Below, one piece after another: positions 41,555 to 50,852 of a stretch of 51,262 bases of DNA (positions are counted from its first letter, which is position 1; each line of letters starts with the position of its first letter). The DNA is from a virus. Taxonomy: Duplodnaviria > Caudoviricetes. The stretch covers positions 1 to 51,262 of IMG/VR virus record IMGVR_UViG_3300033067_000549, one strand, 5' to 3'. Below the pieces are notes generated by a model. It did no database searches, was not told the origin of the DNA, and was given only the letters and a program-made list of their open reading frames with translations. The position numbers and the translations under genes are program-made.

Positions 41555-41956
41555 TCAGGTGATCAAGCCGGACGGAGGCTTGATAATCTTCGGGGTTATG
41601 GCCTCGACCTGCCTCAAGATCAAGTTGGAGAGCAGGATGCCGGTCTCCGGGCCAAGGGTGAAGGCGAGCCAGCCAAAGCCCGGGTGACGGGCGGCGATGA
41701 AGAACTCCTTCGCCATCACATGCTCCCGATTTACGTGAAACACTGTTTCCCGGGTGACATCCCGGAAGATCGGGGTGGCGTCCACCTTCTTGATGACCGG
41801 CGGCTCCATCTCGGCCCGGACCCGGCCGATCTGGGTGATGACCGTCTCCGCCTCCTCGGCGCTGAGGACAATGGTGGTCTCATTGCCCGGCTCCGAAATG
41901 ATGGTGATAGCCATGTGCTTCTTGTCGTGGGAGATGGCGGTTGCGATGTCAGCCAA
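41555..41956 (-). CDS. hypothetical protein
   Basis: TTG start with AAGGAGG RBS; RHPGFGWLAF motif. Confidence 0.7.
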   Translation of the reverse strand: MADIATAISHDKKHMAITIISEPGNETTIVLSAEEAETVITQIGRVRAEMEPPVIKKVDATPIFRDVTRETVFHVNREHVMAKEFFIAARHPGFGWLAFTLGPETGILLSNLILRQVEAITPKIIKPPSGLIT

Positions 41957-42395
41957 GGCGGCCTCCTTTGTCGGCTCGCCGCGCCCGGTTAAAGTCCGGG
42001 ACCTCGGCAAAGTCTGCCCCCTGCTCCTCGGCGTCCCCCGGCCCAAAGCCTCGGGCATGGTCAATCCAGCCGAGGGCGCGGTTGAGTTGGTCGCGGAAAT
42101 TGTTCCGCTCCTCAAGGATGCCGCCGACCTTCATGTTGAGATGATCGACCGCATCCCGGTAGTTATTCCGCTCGGCCCTGACCTTATTGAGTTCCTCCCG
42201 GTCCTCCTGCCAGTAGCAATGCGTCCTCTTGAGGTCGGCCCCCATCTCCTCCTTCTCGGCGGTCGCCACCTTGAGGCGGCCCTCCAGAGAGGCGACGAGT
42301 TCCCCTGACTTGGCGAGGGCCTCCTGCAAGAGCTTTCGGGCCTCCTCGCTCTTGGTCGGGGATTCGGTGATGCGTGAGAAACGTGACTTAGCCAT
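41949..42395 (-). CDS. coiled-coil protein
   Basis: Heptad pattern; coupled ORF. Confidence 0.7.
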   Translation of the reverse strand: MAKSRFSRITESPTKSEEARKLLQEALAKSGELVASLEGRLKVATAEKEEMGADLKRTHCYWQEDREELNKVRAERNNYRDAVDHLNMKVGGILEERNNFRDQLNRALGWIDHARGFGPGDAEEQGADFAEVPDFNRARRADKGGRLG

Positions 42396-42657
42396 TGGCG
42401 GAGCCCTCCAGCTTGCCGATGATGTCGTCCAGCATCCCGGACATCTCGGCAATCTTGGCGAGGAGGGTGGCATGGTCCTCGTCCAGCTTGGCCTTGACCG
42501 CCTCGTGGACCTCGGTGGCCTCGGCGACCGCCTTAGCCGTCCAGTCCTTGAAGTCCTTGAGGGAGTCCCGGATGGCGCGAGCCTGCGCGTCAATCCGAGC
42601 CGCCTGCCCGCCAAGGTCTTTCGCCTTGGCGGCGAGTTCTGTGGTATCTACGAGCAT
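42388..42657 (-). CDS. coiled-coil hypothetical protein
   Basis: AAGGAG RBS. Confidence 0.7.
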   Translation of the reverse strand: MLVDTTELAAKAKDLGGQAARIDAQARAIRDSLKDFKDWTAKAVAEATEVHEAVKAKLDEDHATLLAKIAEMSGMLDDIIGKLEGSANG

Positions 42658-42658
42658 A

Positions 42659-43969
42659 TCAATTCTCCTTTATGTGCCCATCTTCGATGATGATGCCGGG
42701 GCCGGAGCCGTCGAATGAGACGGTCTCGACCCAGACCTGAAAGTCTTGGTCCTTCGCCATGTCGGCGACGATCTTGAGCGCGTCCTCGTCAAGGAGGGAG
42801 CCCTCCATGATGCGGATGACCCGGACCTTGGGGTTCATCGCCATGGCGAGCGCCACCGAGGTCCTGATCTTCTGGGAGGCGGCGGCCTGATCGAACGGCA
42901 CCCCGTCGATCAGGACGGCCTCGTCACCCAGAGAGAGCCCGGGAACGGGGAACTTGGCCGCGGCGATGGCCGCCCGCTTGTGTTCCTCCCGCGCCTCCAT
43001 GGCCTCGGTGAGGGCCTTGGCCTCGGTCTCGTAGCGTTCGGCGTCCTTGAGGAGGGCATCGCGGCGCTCCTGCTTGTCGGCCTCGGCGTTGATGGCGTTC
43101 GCATTGGCAAGGTCGGCGGCAAGCTGTGCCGTGTCCACCTTCTCGGGCAGGGGCTCGGCGGTCTCCAGCTTCACCTCCAACTCGGTCGCGGCCTTGTCGA
43201 GGCCAAGGTTGTCGGCTCGCAACCTCTTAATGAGGTCCTCCAACTCGATAATCTGGGCTTGGGCTGTTGCAATCTGCGCGTCATGCTTGAGCATGATGTT
43301 GCGGTAGTTGGCCGCCTCGTCACGCGCCTTCTGCCGGTTCGCGGCCCGGCGCTGGATGCCGTCATTCACCTCGGAGGCGCTGGCAATCTTGGCGGTGATG
43401 TCGGCCACGTCCACCCGCCTCACCCGCGGGCCATCCTTCGCCCCCACGGCCGCGGCCGCGGCGGTCGCCTCCTTGGCCTTGCGGTTCACGGCCGTCCGGC
43501 GCTCATAGTCGGCGTCATTCTTGGCCTTGATGTCGGCGAGGTCGAGCCCGGGCACGAGGACCTTGAGTGCATCGAACTGCCCCTTGGGGGTAAGGTTGAT
43601 GAACTCGAACGGGTCGAGAGAGTATTTCCCCACCAACTCGTTGAGCATGGTCTGGGGGCTCTTGACCTTCACGCCGTCGGTGGCCTCGATCACCAGCGAG
43701 GTGTTGAAATCCCCGTCATCCTTGGCGGTGAACTTACGGGTGACAACATACTCGCCGAGGTTCACCTTGATGACGGCCGCCTCCGCTCCCTTGCGGATGG
43801 GCACCTTGGGCAAGGCATCGCCACCGCCGAGGGCGGCCCAAATGGAGTCGAGGACCGAGGATTTCCCCTGCCCGTTCTTGCCGGAGATTTGAACAATCTC
43901 GCCCTCCGGCGTGATGCTCACGGCCTTGAGGCGCTTAAAGTTCGAGGCCTGTAGCTGGATGATCTTCAC
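42659..43969 (-). CDS. SMC/Rad50-like ATPase
   Basis: NFKRLK, Walker A GKNGQGKSS, central coiled coil, degenerate signature AAASQK, Walker B/D-loop IMEGSLLD. Confidence 0.88.
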   Translation of the reverse strand: MKIIQLQASNFKRLKAVSITPEGEIVQISGKNGQGKSSVLDSIWAALGGGDALPKVPIRKGAEAAVIKVNLGEYVVTRKFTAKDDGDFNTSLVIEATDGVKVKSPQTMLNELVGKYSLDPFEFINLTPKGQFDALKVLVPGLDLADIKAKNDADYERRTAVNRKAKEATAAAAAVGAKDGPRVRRVDVADITAKIASASEVNDGIQRRAANRQKARDEAANYRNIMLKHDAQIATAQAQIIELEDLIKRLRADNLGLDKAATELEVKLETAEPLPEKVDTAQLAADLANANAINAEADKQERRDALLKDAERYETEAKALTEAMEAREEHKRAAIAAAKFPVPGLSLGDEAVLIDGVPFDQAAASQKIRTSVALAMAMNPKVRVIRIMEGSLLDEDALKIVADMAKDQDFQVWVETVSFDGSGPGIIIEDGHIKEN

Positions 43970-44175
43970 GAACGGCTCCTGATCTTTTCGATGATGAAGT
44001 TGGCGAGGATGACGGCAACGAGGATGGGCCAGATGCCGACGGCGATGAGATAGGCGGAAGCGCGAAAGGCGCGGCTTATCTCCGGCTCAAAAAGGTCGGC
44101 GGCTCTCATGTCCTCAAAGACAATGATGGCCCCGAGGACGTAGAGGATGCCGCACAAAATCCAAGGGGTCATCAC
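43966..44175 (-). CDS. small membrane protein
   Basis: Two hydrophobic helices, IWP motif. Confidence 0.65.
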   Translation of the reverse strand: MMTPWILCGILYVLGAIIVFEDMRAADLFEPEISRAFRASAYLIAVGIWPILVAVILANFIIEKIRSRS

Positions 44176-44498
44176 TTACCCCCCTTGGAAAAGAGGTCCG
44201 GGTCGAGGTGGCCTTTCCAGTCCGGCCACTTGGAAGTGAGGAAGTCCTCGATCTGGGTGAGGCGCTCCTCGATGCCAGTGGCGGCGGTGGTGGTGGCCTT
44301 CTTGAGGTCGCCAAACATCTCACGGCGCACCCCGGCCACGTTGTTCGCAACGCATTTGAAATGCTCCGCCACGAGACGGTCATTCCAGCCATCCTTGTAG
44401 GTGCATGTGCCGTCCCCGAGGGGGAGGATGACCTCCTTGAGCTTCTCGTGAATTTCGATTCGCGCCTTGAGGGTGAGAGTGCTTTTCAGTGTTCCCAT
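44172..44498 (-). CDS. putative DNA-binding protein
   Basis: YKDGWNDRLVAE...VAGVRREMFG pattern. Confidence 0.65.
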   Translation of the reverse strand: MGTLKSTLTLKARIEIHEKLKEVILPLGDGTCTYKDGWNDRLVAEHFKCVANNVAGVRREMFGDLKKATTTAATGIEERLTQIEDFLTSKWPDWKGHLDPDLFSKGGK

Positions 44499-44610
44499 TG
44501 TGATTGCCTTTCCGATTTAATGCCCGGATTTATGCACGGCTCTATGCCGGGCGGAATGTGTCAGGGTGTCGCGGGCTTCATGATCTTGGTGAGGTAGTCG
44601 TCGGAGATGG

Positions 44611-44877
44611 TCACTTGAGGACCTTCTGGATGTCGGCAATCCGCTGGTTAATGGTCTCCTGCCACCGGTGTTGCCCGTAGCTGTAGGCCTGCGGGCCGAT
44701 GACATCCCGCAACTGCCCAAGGAGGACAGAGGCATTGTTCAACTCCCGGCGGAGGTCTCCAATGATGTCGCTCACGCGGGCGCTCTTTTCGCGCATCGCG
44801 CTCATGGAGTTGAGGAGGTCCTTAAGGCTCTCGGCCTGTCCCTCGGTCGGCTGTTCCATTGCAGGGTTCGACATCAC
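44611..44877 (-). CDS. hypothetical protein
   Basis: AAGGAG RBS; coupled ORF. Confidence 0.65.
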   Translation of the reverse strand: MMSNPAMEQPTEGQAESLKDLLNSMSAMREKSARVSDIIGDLRRELNNASVLLGQLRDVIGPQAYSYGQHRWQETINQRIADIQKVLK

Positions 44878-45287
44878 TTTGCTCCTTTCAGGATGGCGGC
44901 CACTCGGGCCTTGATTTCATGGGAGCCGGGCGAGCGGAACTCGATCACCCGGCGCATCATCACGAGGTTCTTGCCGTGCAGTTCCTTCGCCACGGCGAGC
45001 GGGTCAATGCGGAATTGCGCCCACCATGCCACCTCGTCGGAGTCGTGCTGGCATCCCTTGAGGAGCCGGTGCAGTTCCGGGCAGAGGGGCACGGTCCACT
45101 TGTCCTCCGGCTTGCGGCCCATACCCGTTATCGCCTTCCCATGGGCGGAATCAGCGTAGCGGATATGGGCCGCCTCAGCGGGCCTCCCCGAGAGTAGGCA
45201 CGGCAGTTGCCGGATGAGGTCGAGGTGCGAGGGCTCCTTGCCGCTCGGCTTCATCCTCTTGTGTTTAGGGACCTTGGGCCGGGTCAT
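44874..45287 (-). CDS. DUF968-like putative HNH-type nuclease
   Basis: HL..IRQLPC...AEAAHIR...GMGRKPEDKWTVPLC..LH. Confidence 0.8.
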   Translation of the reverse strand: MTRPKVPKHKRMKPSGKEPSHLDLIRQLPCLLSGRPAEAAHIRYADSAHGKAITGMGRKPEDKWTVPLCPELHRLLKGCQHDSDEVAWWAQFRIDPLAVAKELHGKNLVMMRRVIEFRSPGSHEIKARVAAILKGAK

Positions 45288-45490
45288 CGCTTGTCCTCCG
45301 GGCACTCGTGGTTCGCTTGGTTCATGCAGAGAGCCCACATCATCCTGTAGCCGATGGCGAGGTAGAGGCCACACCGCGCCATCTCGTCTTGCCTCTCGCG
45401 CTCACAGGCAGAAAGAGGTTTAGGCGGGGCGCTCTCCTCGCAAGAGGCCAAGAGGACACCGCACAAGATGACCGCCGCCGCCCGCATCAA
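45284..45490 (-). CDS. small lipoprotein
   Basis: Lipobox LLASC. Confidence 0.7.
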   Translation of the reverse strand: MMRAAAVILCGVLLASCEESAPPKPLSACERERQDEMARCGLYLAIGYRMMWALCMNQANHECPEDKR

Positions 45491-46449
45491 AAATCCAACT
45501 CGTCAAGTTTCAGGTCATAGGCCTCGTTGACCCCCTTGCGGATGGCATCCGGCAGCTTGCCGATGTCGGGACGGTTGAGGCGGCCCCACTCCTCCAACGC
45601 CTTCGCGCTCGTCTCCTGCCCGATATACTTGAGCATGTTGGCCGCTTGGGTCTCGGGCGGCACGATGGTCACCTCGTCGCCGGGCTTGTATTTCCGCTCG
45701 TCATTCTGCCCTTCGGCAGGCGGCAGGACCTCGCCCTCGACGGCCGCCTCCTTGGGCTCCTCCGGCTGGTGTTCCTCGGCGTTCTCGTCATTCAGGAAGT
45801 TGGTCACGCCCTTCTCCGGCGTGATGTCCTTCATCGCCATGACCTCCTCCCGGTCATAGACGCCGAGGAGGATTTCCGGGAAGTGACGCCGAGCCAAGGC
45901 GCGGATGGTGTAGTAGGAAAGCTGCTGCTGGGGGTCCGACTTCCAGAGGGGCGAGTTCTGGGGGGTAATCTCCTTCTTTTTCGGAGAGGTGTATTCGATC
46001 ACCTCGCCGGTCTCGGCGTGATGCACGGTGATGGAGCATTGCAGTTCCCCGCCCTCGCCGGTGAACTTGTAGGGGATGACCTTCTCCTTGATGGGAGCCC
46101 ACCGCTTGATGACGGCGGAGACCAGTTGCGCCTCAAAGGCGAGGATGTCGTTGACGCTGTAGGTCTTGGAGGCCACGGCCCAAGGGTCCATCTCCCAAGC
46201 CATGGACTGCTGCACCACCCGGAGGCAGGCCCCGGGATTGTTGCGGAGATGGGCCGGGATGGATAGGCCACCCTTGCACATCATCTGCGAGAACTCGATC
46301 ACCTCGCCAAAGGTGGCGGGCATGACGCGCCCGGCATAAAGGCTGAGGTGCTGTCCCACCTTCTGCCCGGTTGCCAGCGCGGGCACATTGCCCGGGGCGA
46401 TTTCCGGGGCGGGGTTCATGGTCTGGGGCTTTTCCTTGGTTGCAGCCAT
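45487..46449 (-). CDS. recT: RecT-family single-strand annealing protein
   Basis: IPAHLR.NPG.C, W.MDP..VASKT, FEAQLV, NSPLWKSDPQQQL.Y, ARRHFPE.LLGVY. Confidence 0.88.
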   Translation of the reverse strand: MAATKEKPQTMNPAPEIAPGNVPALATGQKVGQHLSLYAGRVMPATFGEVIEFSQMMCKGGLSIPAHLRNNPGACLRVVQQSMAWEMDPWAVASKTYSVNDILAFEAQLVSAVIKRWAPIKEKVIPYKFTGEGGELQCSITVHHAETGEVIEYTSPKKKEITPQNSPLWKSDPQQQLSYYTIRALARRHFPEILLGVYDREEVMAMKDITPEKGVTNFLNDENAEEHQPEEPKEAAVEGEVLPPAEGQNDERKYKPGDEVTIVPPETQAANMLKYIGQETSAKALEEWGRLNRPDIGKLPDAIRKGVNEAYDLKLDELDF

Positions 46450-46529
46450 ACTAAAATCTCCTCGAAAATTGACTAAAAGATTGACCGGAGGCTCTCAAAG
46501 CCCCCGGCGGTTGTCCATGTGGTCGAGTG

Positions 46530-47519
46530 TCACAGCCACTTGGGGACATCTTCCTCGGCGATCTGGAACGGCTCGTCCATGTTGACCCATGGGTCGGTGC
46601 CGAACTTCTCGAAGTTGTCCCGGTAGTGGGTGATGGCGAGGCCCCGGGCAAACTTGCCGGTCTCGTGGGCCGGGCTCCCGTAGGGGATTTGGTAGCTCTT
46701 GGAGATGGGAGCCCCGTCGGCCTTGTAGAACACGAACACCCAATGCGGCACCGAGGCGAGGGCCTTCTTGAGCCAAGCGTCATCCGGCCGGGCGGCCCCG
46801 TCCACGACGAACACCTTGCCCCCGTCGAACAGCGCCCGGGCAGCTTCCCGGCCCGCGGTGTAGTGGGCCATCTGCATGTCATAGCGATAGTTGAACAGGT
46901 CTTGCAGGATGGTCTCGTCAAGGGTGCGGATGCGCTCCTTGGAGCGGAAGCTCTTGAGGTCCACCGTGGCCGCCATCTTCATGTAGTCGAGGCGGCATTT
47001 GCAGGGGACGCCATCCTCGTGCCAGAAGATCGAGACCTCCGGGAAGCCGCCGATGAAAGCCGAGGCAAGGTTTGGGTTCTTGGTAATCATCTGGGCCGAG
47101 ACCATGATCTTCTCGAACTGCTTCTCGGCCACGAGGGTCACGCCGAATTGCTCCTTCACCATGCGCTCGTTGTCAGCCTTCGACTTGGCGGGCTTGCACC
47201 CTTGCTCGGCAAGCCATGTCTTGAGTTCATCGGCCGAGACCTCGCCCGACTTGGTTCCGCCGGGGATGGGCTGGTAGTGCTTCTTGAAATACTCCTCGCC
47301 GTAGAGAATGCGGTCATGGAGGGCCGCGCCGAACTGGAGGGCGAAACTCTCCTCCTCCGGCTCCCGGAGCGGGTTCATGGGACTATCGAACCAATAGTCC
47401 GGCGGGCTGGAGTAAAGCTGCTTGATGCCGCCGGAGCCAGCATGGGGAGCGGCGTGGTAAACCGCGGCAGGCATACCAAAATAGATGCCGTCCTCGATCT
47501 TGTTGGGGATGGTGGTCAT
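46530..47519 (-). CDS. RecE/exonuclease VIII-like PD-(D/E)XK nuclease (DUF3799)
   Basis: FGAALH..IL, EVSIFW, CKCRLD, VDLKS, YRYDMQ.AHY; adjacent to recT. Confidence 0.88.
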   Translation of the reverse strand: MTTIPNKIEDGIYFGMPAAVYHAAPHAGSGGIKQLYSSPPDYWFDSPMNPLREPEEESFALQFGAALHDRILYGEEYFKKHYQPIPGGTKSGEVSADELKTWLAEQGCKPAKSKADNERMVKEQFGVTLVAEKQFEKIMVSAQMITKNPNLASAFIGGFPEVSIFWHEDGVPCKCRLDYMKMAATVDLKSFRSKERIRTLDETILQDLFNYRYDMQMAHYTAGREAARALFDGGKVFVVDGAARPDDAWLKKALASVPHWVFVFYKADGAPISKSYQIPYGSPAHETGKFARGLAITHYRDNFEKFGTDPWVNMDEPFQIAEEDVPKWL

Positions 47520-47546
47520 GGGTTCTCCTTTCACGAGATGCCCCAG

Positions 47547-47575
47547 AATTTCGGTGACTGCGACATTCATGTCAA
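47547..47575 (-). promoter_or_regulatory. sigma70-like promoter of the recombination operon
   Basis: TTGACA-N17-GAAATT on the minus strand in the divergent intergenic region. Confidence 0.55.
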
Positions 47576-47651
47576 CAAAATTCATTGACGGCCATTTGTC
47601 GCAGGCATACGTTGCGCCGGTTCACACATCACCACAATGGAGGCAAAACCA

Positions 47652-48284
47652 GTGGTACGATCAGCTACTCTCAAGAAACCTCATGTCCACAAAGACCAGA
47701 CCCAGATGCCGACCGGCGGAAACATGCTCACCGGCGACGTGTTCCGCATCCATCTAGGCCGCATCAAGAAGGCACAGGCTGCCGTCGATGCCGTCAAGAA
47801 AACCCTCAAGACGGCCCGGCGCGAGGCACAGGATGCCGGCATCAATCTCCGGGACATGGACGAGATGCTCCGGATGCAGGACCAGGAGCCGGAGACCGTC
47901 AAGGCCACCATCCTCCGCAAGGCCACCTATGCCTCCTGGATGGGGATTTCCCCCGGCGTGGTGCAGGGCGACTTGTTCGCCCATGCCGATGCAGAGGAGA
48001 GCGATGTCCAGAAGGCCGAGCGCGAGGGCTACGAGGACGGCCTCGAAGGCGTCACCGCCAAGGGCGACCGCTACGACACCTCCAACCCCATCGGAAAGGC
48101 CCGGCTCAAGGGCTGGAACAAGGGGCAGGAGGTCCTCCGGCGCCATCTGGAGGAGGCCATGATGGCAAAGAAGCAGAAGGAAAAAGAGGCCAAGGCCAAG
48201 GCGAAAGCCAAGGCCAAGAAGGCCGAGCCCGAGGACGAGGGCGAGGAGGAGAACGAGGACGCCGAGGAGATGGCTGAGGCGTGA
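47652..48284 (+). CDS. GapR-like N-terminal + RMF-like C-terminal protein
   Basis: GGAGG RBS before GTG; ARREAQDAGIN.RDM..MLRM...YASWMG; AEREGYEDGLEG...Y...LKGWNKG. Confidence 0.5.
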   Translation: MVRSATLKKPHVHKDQTQMPTGGNMLTGDVFRIHLGRIKKAQAAVDAVKKTLKTARREAQDAGINLRDMDEMLRMQDQEPETVKATILRKATYASWMGISPGVVQGDLFAHADAEESDVQKAEREGYEDGLEGVTAKGDRYDTSNPIGKARLKGWNKGQEVLRRHLEEAMMAKKQKEKEAKAKAKAKAKKAEPEDEGEEENEDAEEMAEA

Positions 48285-48345
48285 CCTCTACCGAATAGAC
48301 TCAGCGGGCCGGGCATCCCCCGGCCCCCTTCCATAGGAGACGACC

Positions 48346-48657
48346 GTGAACTGGTCTGCCATCTATCAATACAATTTCAGTGACAACACCTATACCCTCG
48401 CAGCCCGCACCGATGAGCCCACGAGGACTCAACATGCCCTTGTTCTCCAACTTGTCGAGCAAGAGCCCATGGCCCTAACTCCCGAAAATACCAACGTGGA
48501 CCGCGGTCTCGTGCAGGCCCTTATGGACGCCTTTTGGAAAGCCGGCGTTCGCCCGAACGGCTACACGACAGAGGAGCAAATCGGTGCCATCAACCGGCAC
48601 CTTGCCGACATGCAGCGCGTGGCCTTCACCCTCCTAGATGACAAGGTGAAGGCGTGA
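48346..48657 (+). CDS. hypothetical protein
   Basis: AGGAG RBS; QALMDAFWKAGVRP...HLADMQR motif. Confidence 0.7.
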   Translation: MNWSAIYQYNFSDNTYTLAARTDEPTRTQHALVLQLVEQEPMALTPENTNVDRGLVQALMDAFWKAGVRPNGYTTEEQIGAINRHLADMQRVAFTLLDDKVKA

Positions 48658-49256
48658 CCTATTCCGTTCTGGGGCTCGATGCGTCCATGACGCAAACAGC
48701 CTGGGCACACTACCGGGAGGGCGAGAGCAAGCCGACCTATGGCTTGTTCCGCCTTCCCCCATGGGGTGACGACGAGGGCATGTACCTCTGGCAATGGTTC
48801 GAGTGGCTGGGAAAGCTCTGCACCGAACTCGCCGTCACCCACCTGTTCATTGAGGACACCCGGTTCAAGCACAAGCACGAGGAGACCTTGACCCAGATGA
48901 TTGCCTCGATCGGACTCATCGGGCAGGCGGCCATCGTGGCCCATCTCCTCACCCGCCGCGGGCAGCCGGTCGAATTCTTTTCCGTTTCCCCGAGAGACTG
49001 GAGAGCGGTGTTCCTGGGCGCCATGCCCAAGCCGGACGGCATCAACCCCGCGGTCTGGAGGAAGATGCTCAAGGACGCGGCCATCGCCCAATGCAATCTC
49101 CGGGGCTGGACGACCGACAACGATAACGAGGCCGACGCCTGCGGCATCATGACCTATGGAGTCTGCACCATCGACCCGGCATTCCAGACGAGGCAAGGCC
49201 CGCTATTCCGGGCTGCCGAAAAGACACATGACGACTTTGTGAGGGAGAACCGATGA
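48654..49256 (+). CDS. RuvC-like Holliday junction resolvase
   Basis: VLGLDAS, FIED, P..WR, DNEADA catalytic pattern. Confidence 0.8.
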   Translation: MTYSVLGLDASMTQTAWAHYREGESKPTYGLFRLPPWGDDEGMYLWQWFEWLGKLCTELAVTHLFIEDTRFKHKHEETLTQMIASIGLIGQAAIVAHLLTRRGQPVEFFSVSPRDWRAVFLGAMPKPDGINPAVWRKMLKDAAIAQCNLRGWTTDNDNEADACGIMTYGVCTIDPAFQTRQGPLFRAAEKTHDDFVRENR

Positions 49257-49477
49257 CCGAAAGTCTGACATGGGCGCAAGAGTATCGCCTAAACTGGATT
49301 GCCGAGATGCTGGACATTTACGGCTACGTGAACCGGCAGCACATCATGCGAAAGTTCCGGCTCTCCACTCCGCAAGCCTCTGCCGACATGAAGCTGTTCG
49401 GAGAGCATTTCCCCAACACCGCGATTTATGACAAGTCTGCCAAGTGTTACCGCCCCGCCGTGGAGCCCAAGCCGTGA
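49253..49477 (+). CDS. stand-alone winged HTH similar to the N-terminus of CapW/BrxR WYL regulators
   Basis: W.QE.RL.WI......G.VNR..I...F.LSTPQAS.D........P....YDKSAK.Y. Confidence 0.7.
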   Translation: MTESLTWAQEYRLNWIAEMLDIYGYVNRQHIMRKFRLSTPQASADMKLFGEHFPNTAIYDKSAKCYRPAVEPKP

Positions 49478-49683
49478 CCACCATCTCCCCCAGAACCCTA
49501 CTCCCGCGGCGCGTCCCGCAACCCCGCACCCCTGACGACGGCGGCAAGGTGGTCACCCCTGTCCGGCTCAAGGCCTCGGTATGGCTCAAGGTCCAGATGA
49601 TGGCCGACGCCAAGCAGGTCTCCGCCTCCCGGCTCATCTCCGAATTGGTCGAGGTCTATCTCAAGGAGCCGGGCAATGCGTGA
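49474..49683 (+). CDS. ribbon-helix-helix regulator
   Basis: VTPVRL...VW.KV..MA.....SASRLI.ELVE.YL. Confidence 0.7.
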   Translation: MTTISPRTLLPRRVPQPRTPDDGGKVVTPVRLKASVWLKVQMMADAKQVSASRLISELVEVYLKEPGNA

Positions 49684-49888
49684 AGGAAACAAGGACACCG
49701 TGGACCTGCAAGTCTTTGTAGGCTTGTGCCCGGACTGCGACAAAATCCACCTCATTCTGGAGGTCGATGGCGAGCAGATATTCTCGCAAGGCCTGCCGGA
49801 TGAACTCTGGAATGCCATGTTCTCGGGCCATGCGCAGTTGGTCCGCAAGCGCAAAGAGCGGGCCGGGGAAAGCCTCAATGCAAACTGA
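49676..49888 (+). CDS. hypothetical protein
   Basis: CPDC..IH; AAGGAG RBS. Confidence 0.6.
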   Translation: MREGNKDTVDLQVFVGLCPDCDKIHLILEVDGEQIFSQGLPDELWNAMFSGHAQLVRKRKERAGESLNAN

Positions 49889-50462
49889 TTGGCCTTTCGG
49901 CCACCTCACCCCGCTCAAGTACGGAGCCATCCTCGCAGACCCACCTTGGTCCTACAAGATGCGCTCCGAGAAGGGCTACGGCAAGAGCCCCGAGGCCCAC
50001 TACCAGACCATGGATGACGAGACCCTCCTGTCCCTGCCGGTCTCACAATTGGCCGGGGGAGACTGCCTCCTCGTCATGTGGGCCATATGGCCCCGGCTCC
50101 CCTTTGCCGTCCGCCTCATGGAAGCATGGGGCTTTAAGCACGTCACCGGCGGCTCGTGGATTAAGCGCACCCCCTACGGGAAAATCAGGTGGGGCACTGG
50201 CTACACCTTGCGCTCGGGGTGCGAGCCGTTCCTCATTGGCCGCATAGGCGAGCCCCAAGGACAGCCCCGGAACATCCTCAACGTCCTCGATGCCGTAGCC
50301 CGGGAACACTCGCGCAAGCCCCCGGAGATGCGCTCCATGGTAGAGGCCTTGACGCCCCGCGCCTTCCGGTGCGAGTTGTTCGCTCGTGAGGCATGGCCGG
50401 GCAACGAGGTGTGGGGCGATGAAAGTGCAAAGTTCGATGGTCCCGAAAGTCCCGAGGTATGA
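49878..50462 (+). CDS. MT-A70 family adenine methyltransferase
   Basis: ILADPPW, HY.TM, WGF, GTGY..R...E, REHSRKP, ELFAR, WGDE. Confidence 0.92.
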   Translation: MQTDWPFGHLTPLKYGAILADPPWSYKMRSEKGYGKSPEAHYQTMDDETLLSLPVSQLAGGDCLLVMWAIWPRLPFAVRLMEAWGFKHVTGGSWIKRTPYGKIRWGTGYTLRSGCEPFLIGRIGEPQGQPRNILNVLDAVAREHSRKPPEMRSMVEALTPRAFRCELFAREAWPGNEVWGDESAKFDGPESPEV

Positions 50463-50466
50463 GCCT

Positions 50467-50733
50467 ATGACCGGTATTACCCAGAGCCCCGACCGTAATA
50501 CCTCGGCCCGCCCTTCCAACGGCATAAGGTCCATGCAGAACGAGGAGGCGGTCATCATGCAGCGCCTCACCGACCAGCAGGTCGAGGCGATGGTCGAGCG
50601 GTACTGGAAAGACTGCACCCCCCCCCCGCACATCGCCGGGCTGATTCGCTCGCGCTATCCACAATCCATGATGTTCATAACCGCCCGTTGGGTCGAGAGT
50701 ATCAAGCGCCGCATTGACAACCGGAAGCGGTGA
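50467..50733 (+). CDS. hypothetical protein (start uncertain)
   Basis: Fills the gap between methylase and initiator; a later start after GAGGAGG at ~50557 is also plausible. Confidence 0.45.
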   Translation: MTGITQSPDRNTSARPSNGIRSMQNEEAVIMQRLTDQQVEAMVERYWKDCTPPPHIAGLIRSRYPQSMMFITARWVESIKRRIDNRKR

Positions 50734-50852
50734 GGCCGAAAAGGAAGGGACCGGCGATGCCTGCAACATCCCGGCCCCATGATCGAACACCTTGAAAGGA
50801 GAACCTGTCCGATGGGCGGGACCATATCACAGACCACCCCGGAGGCAAGACC

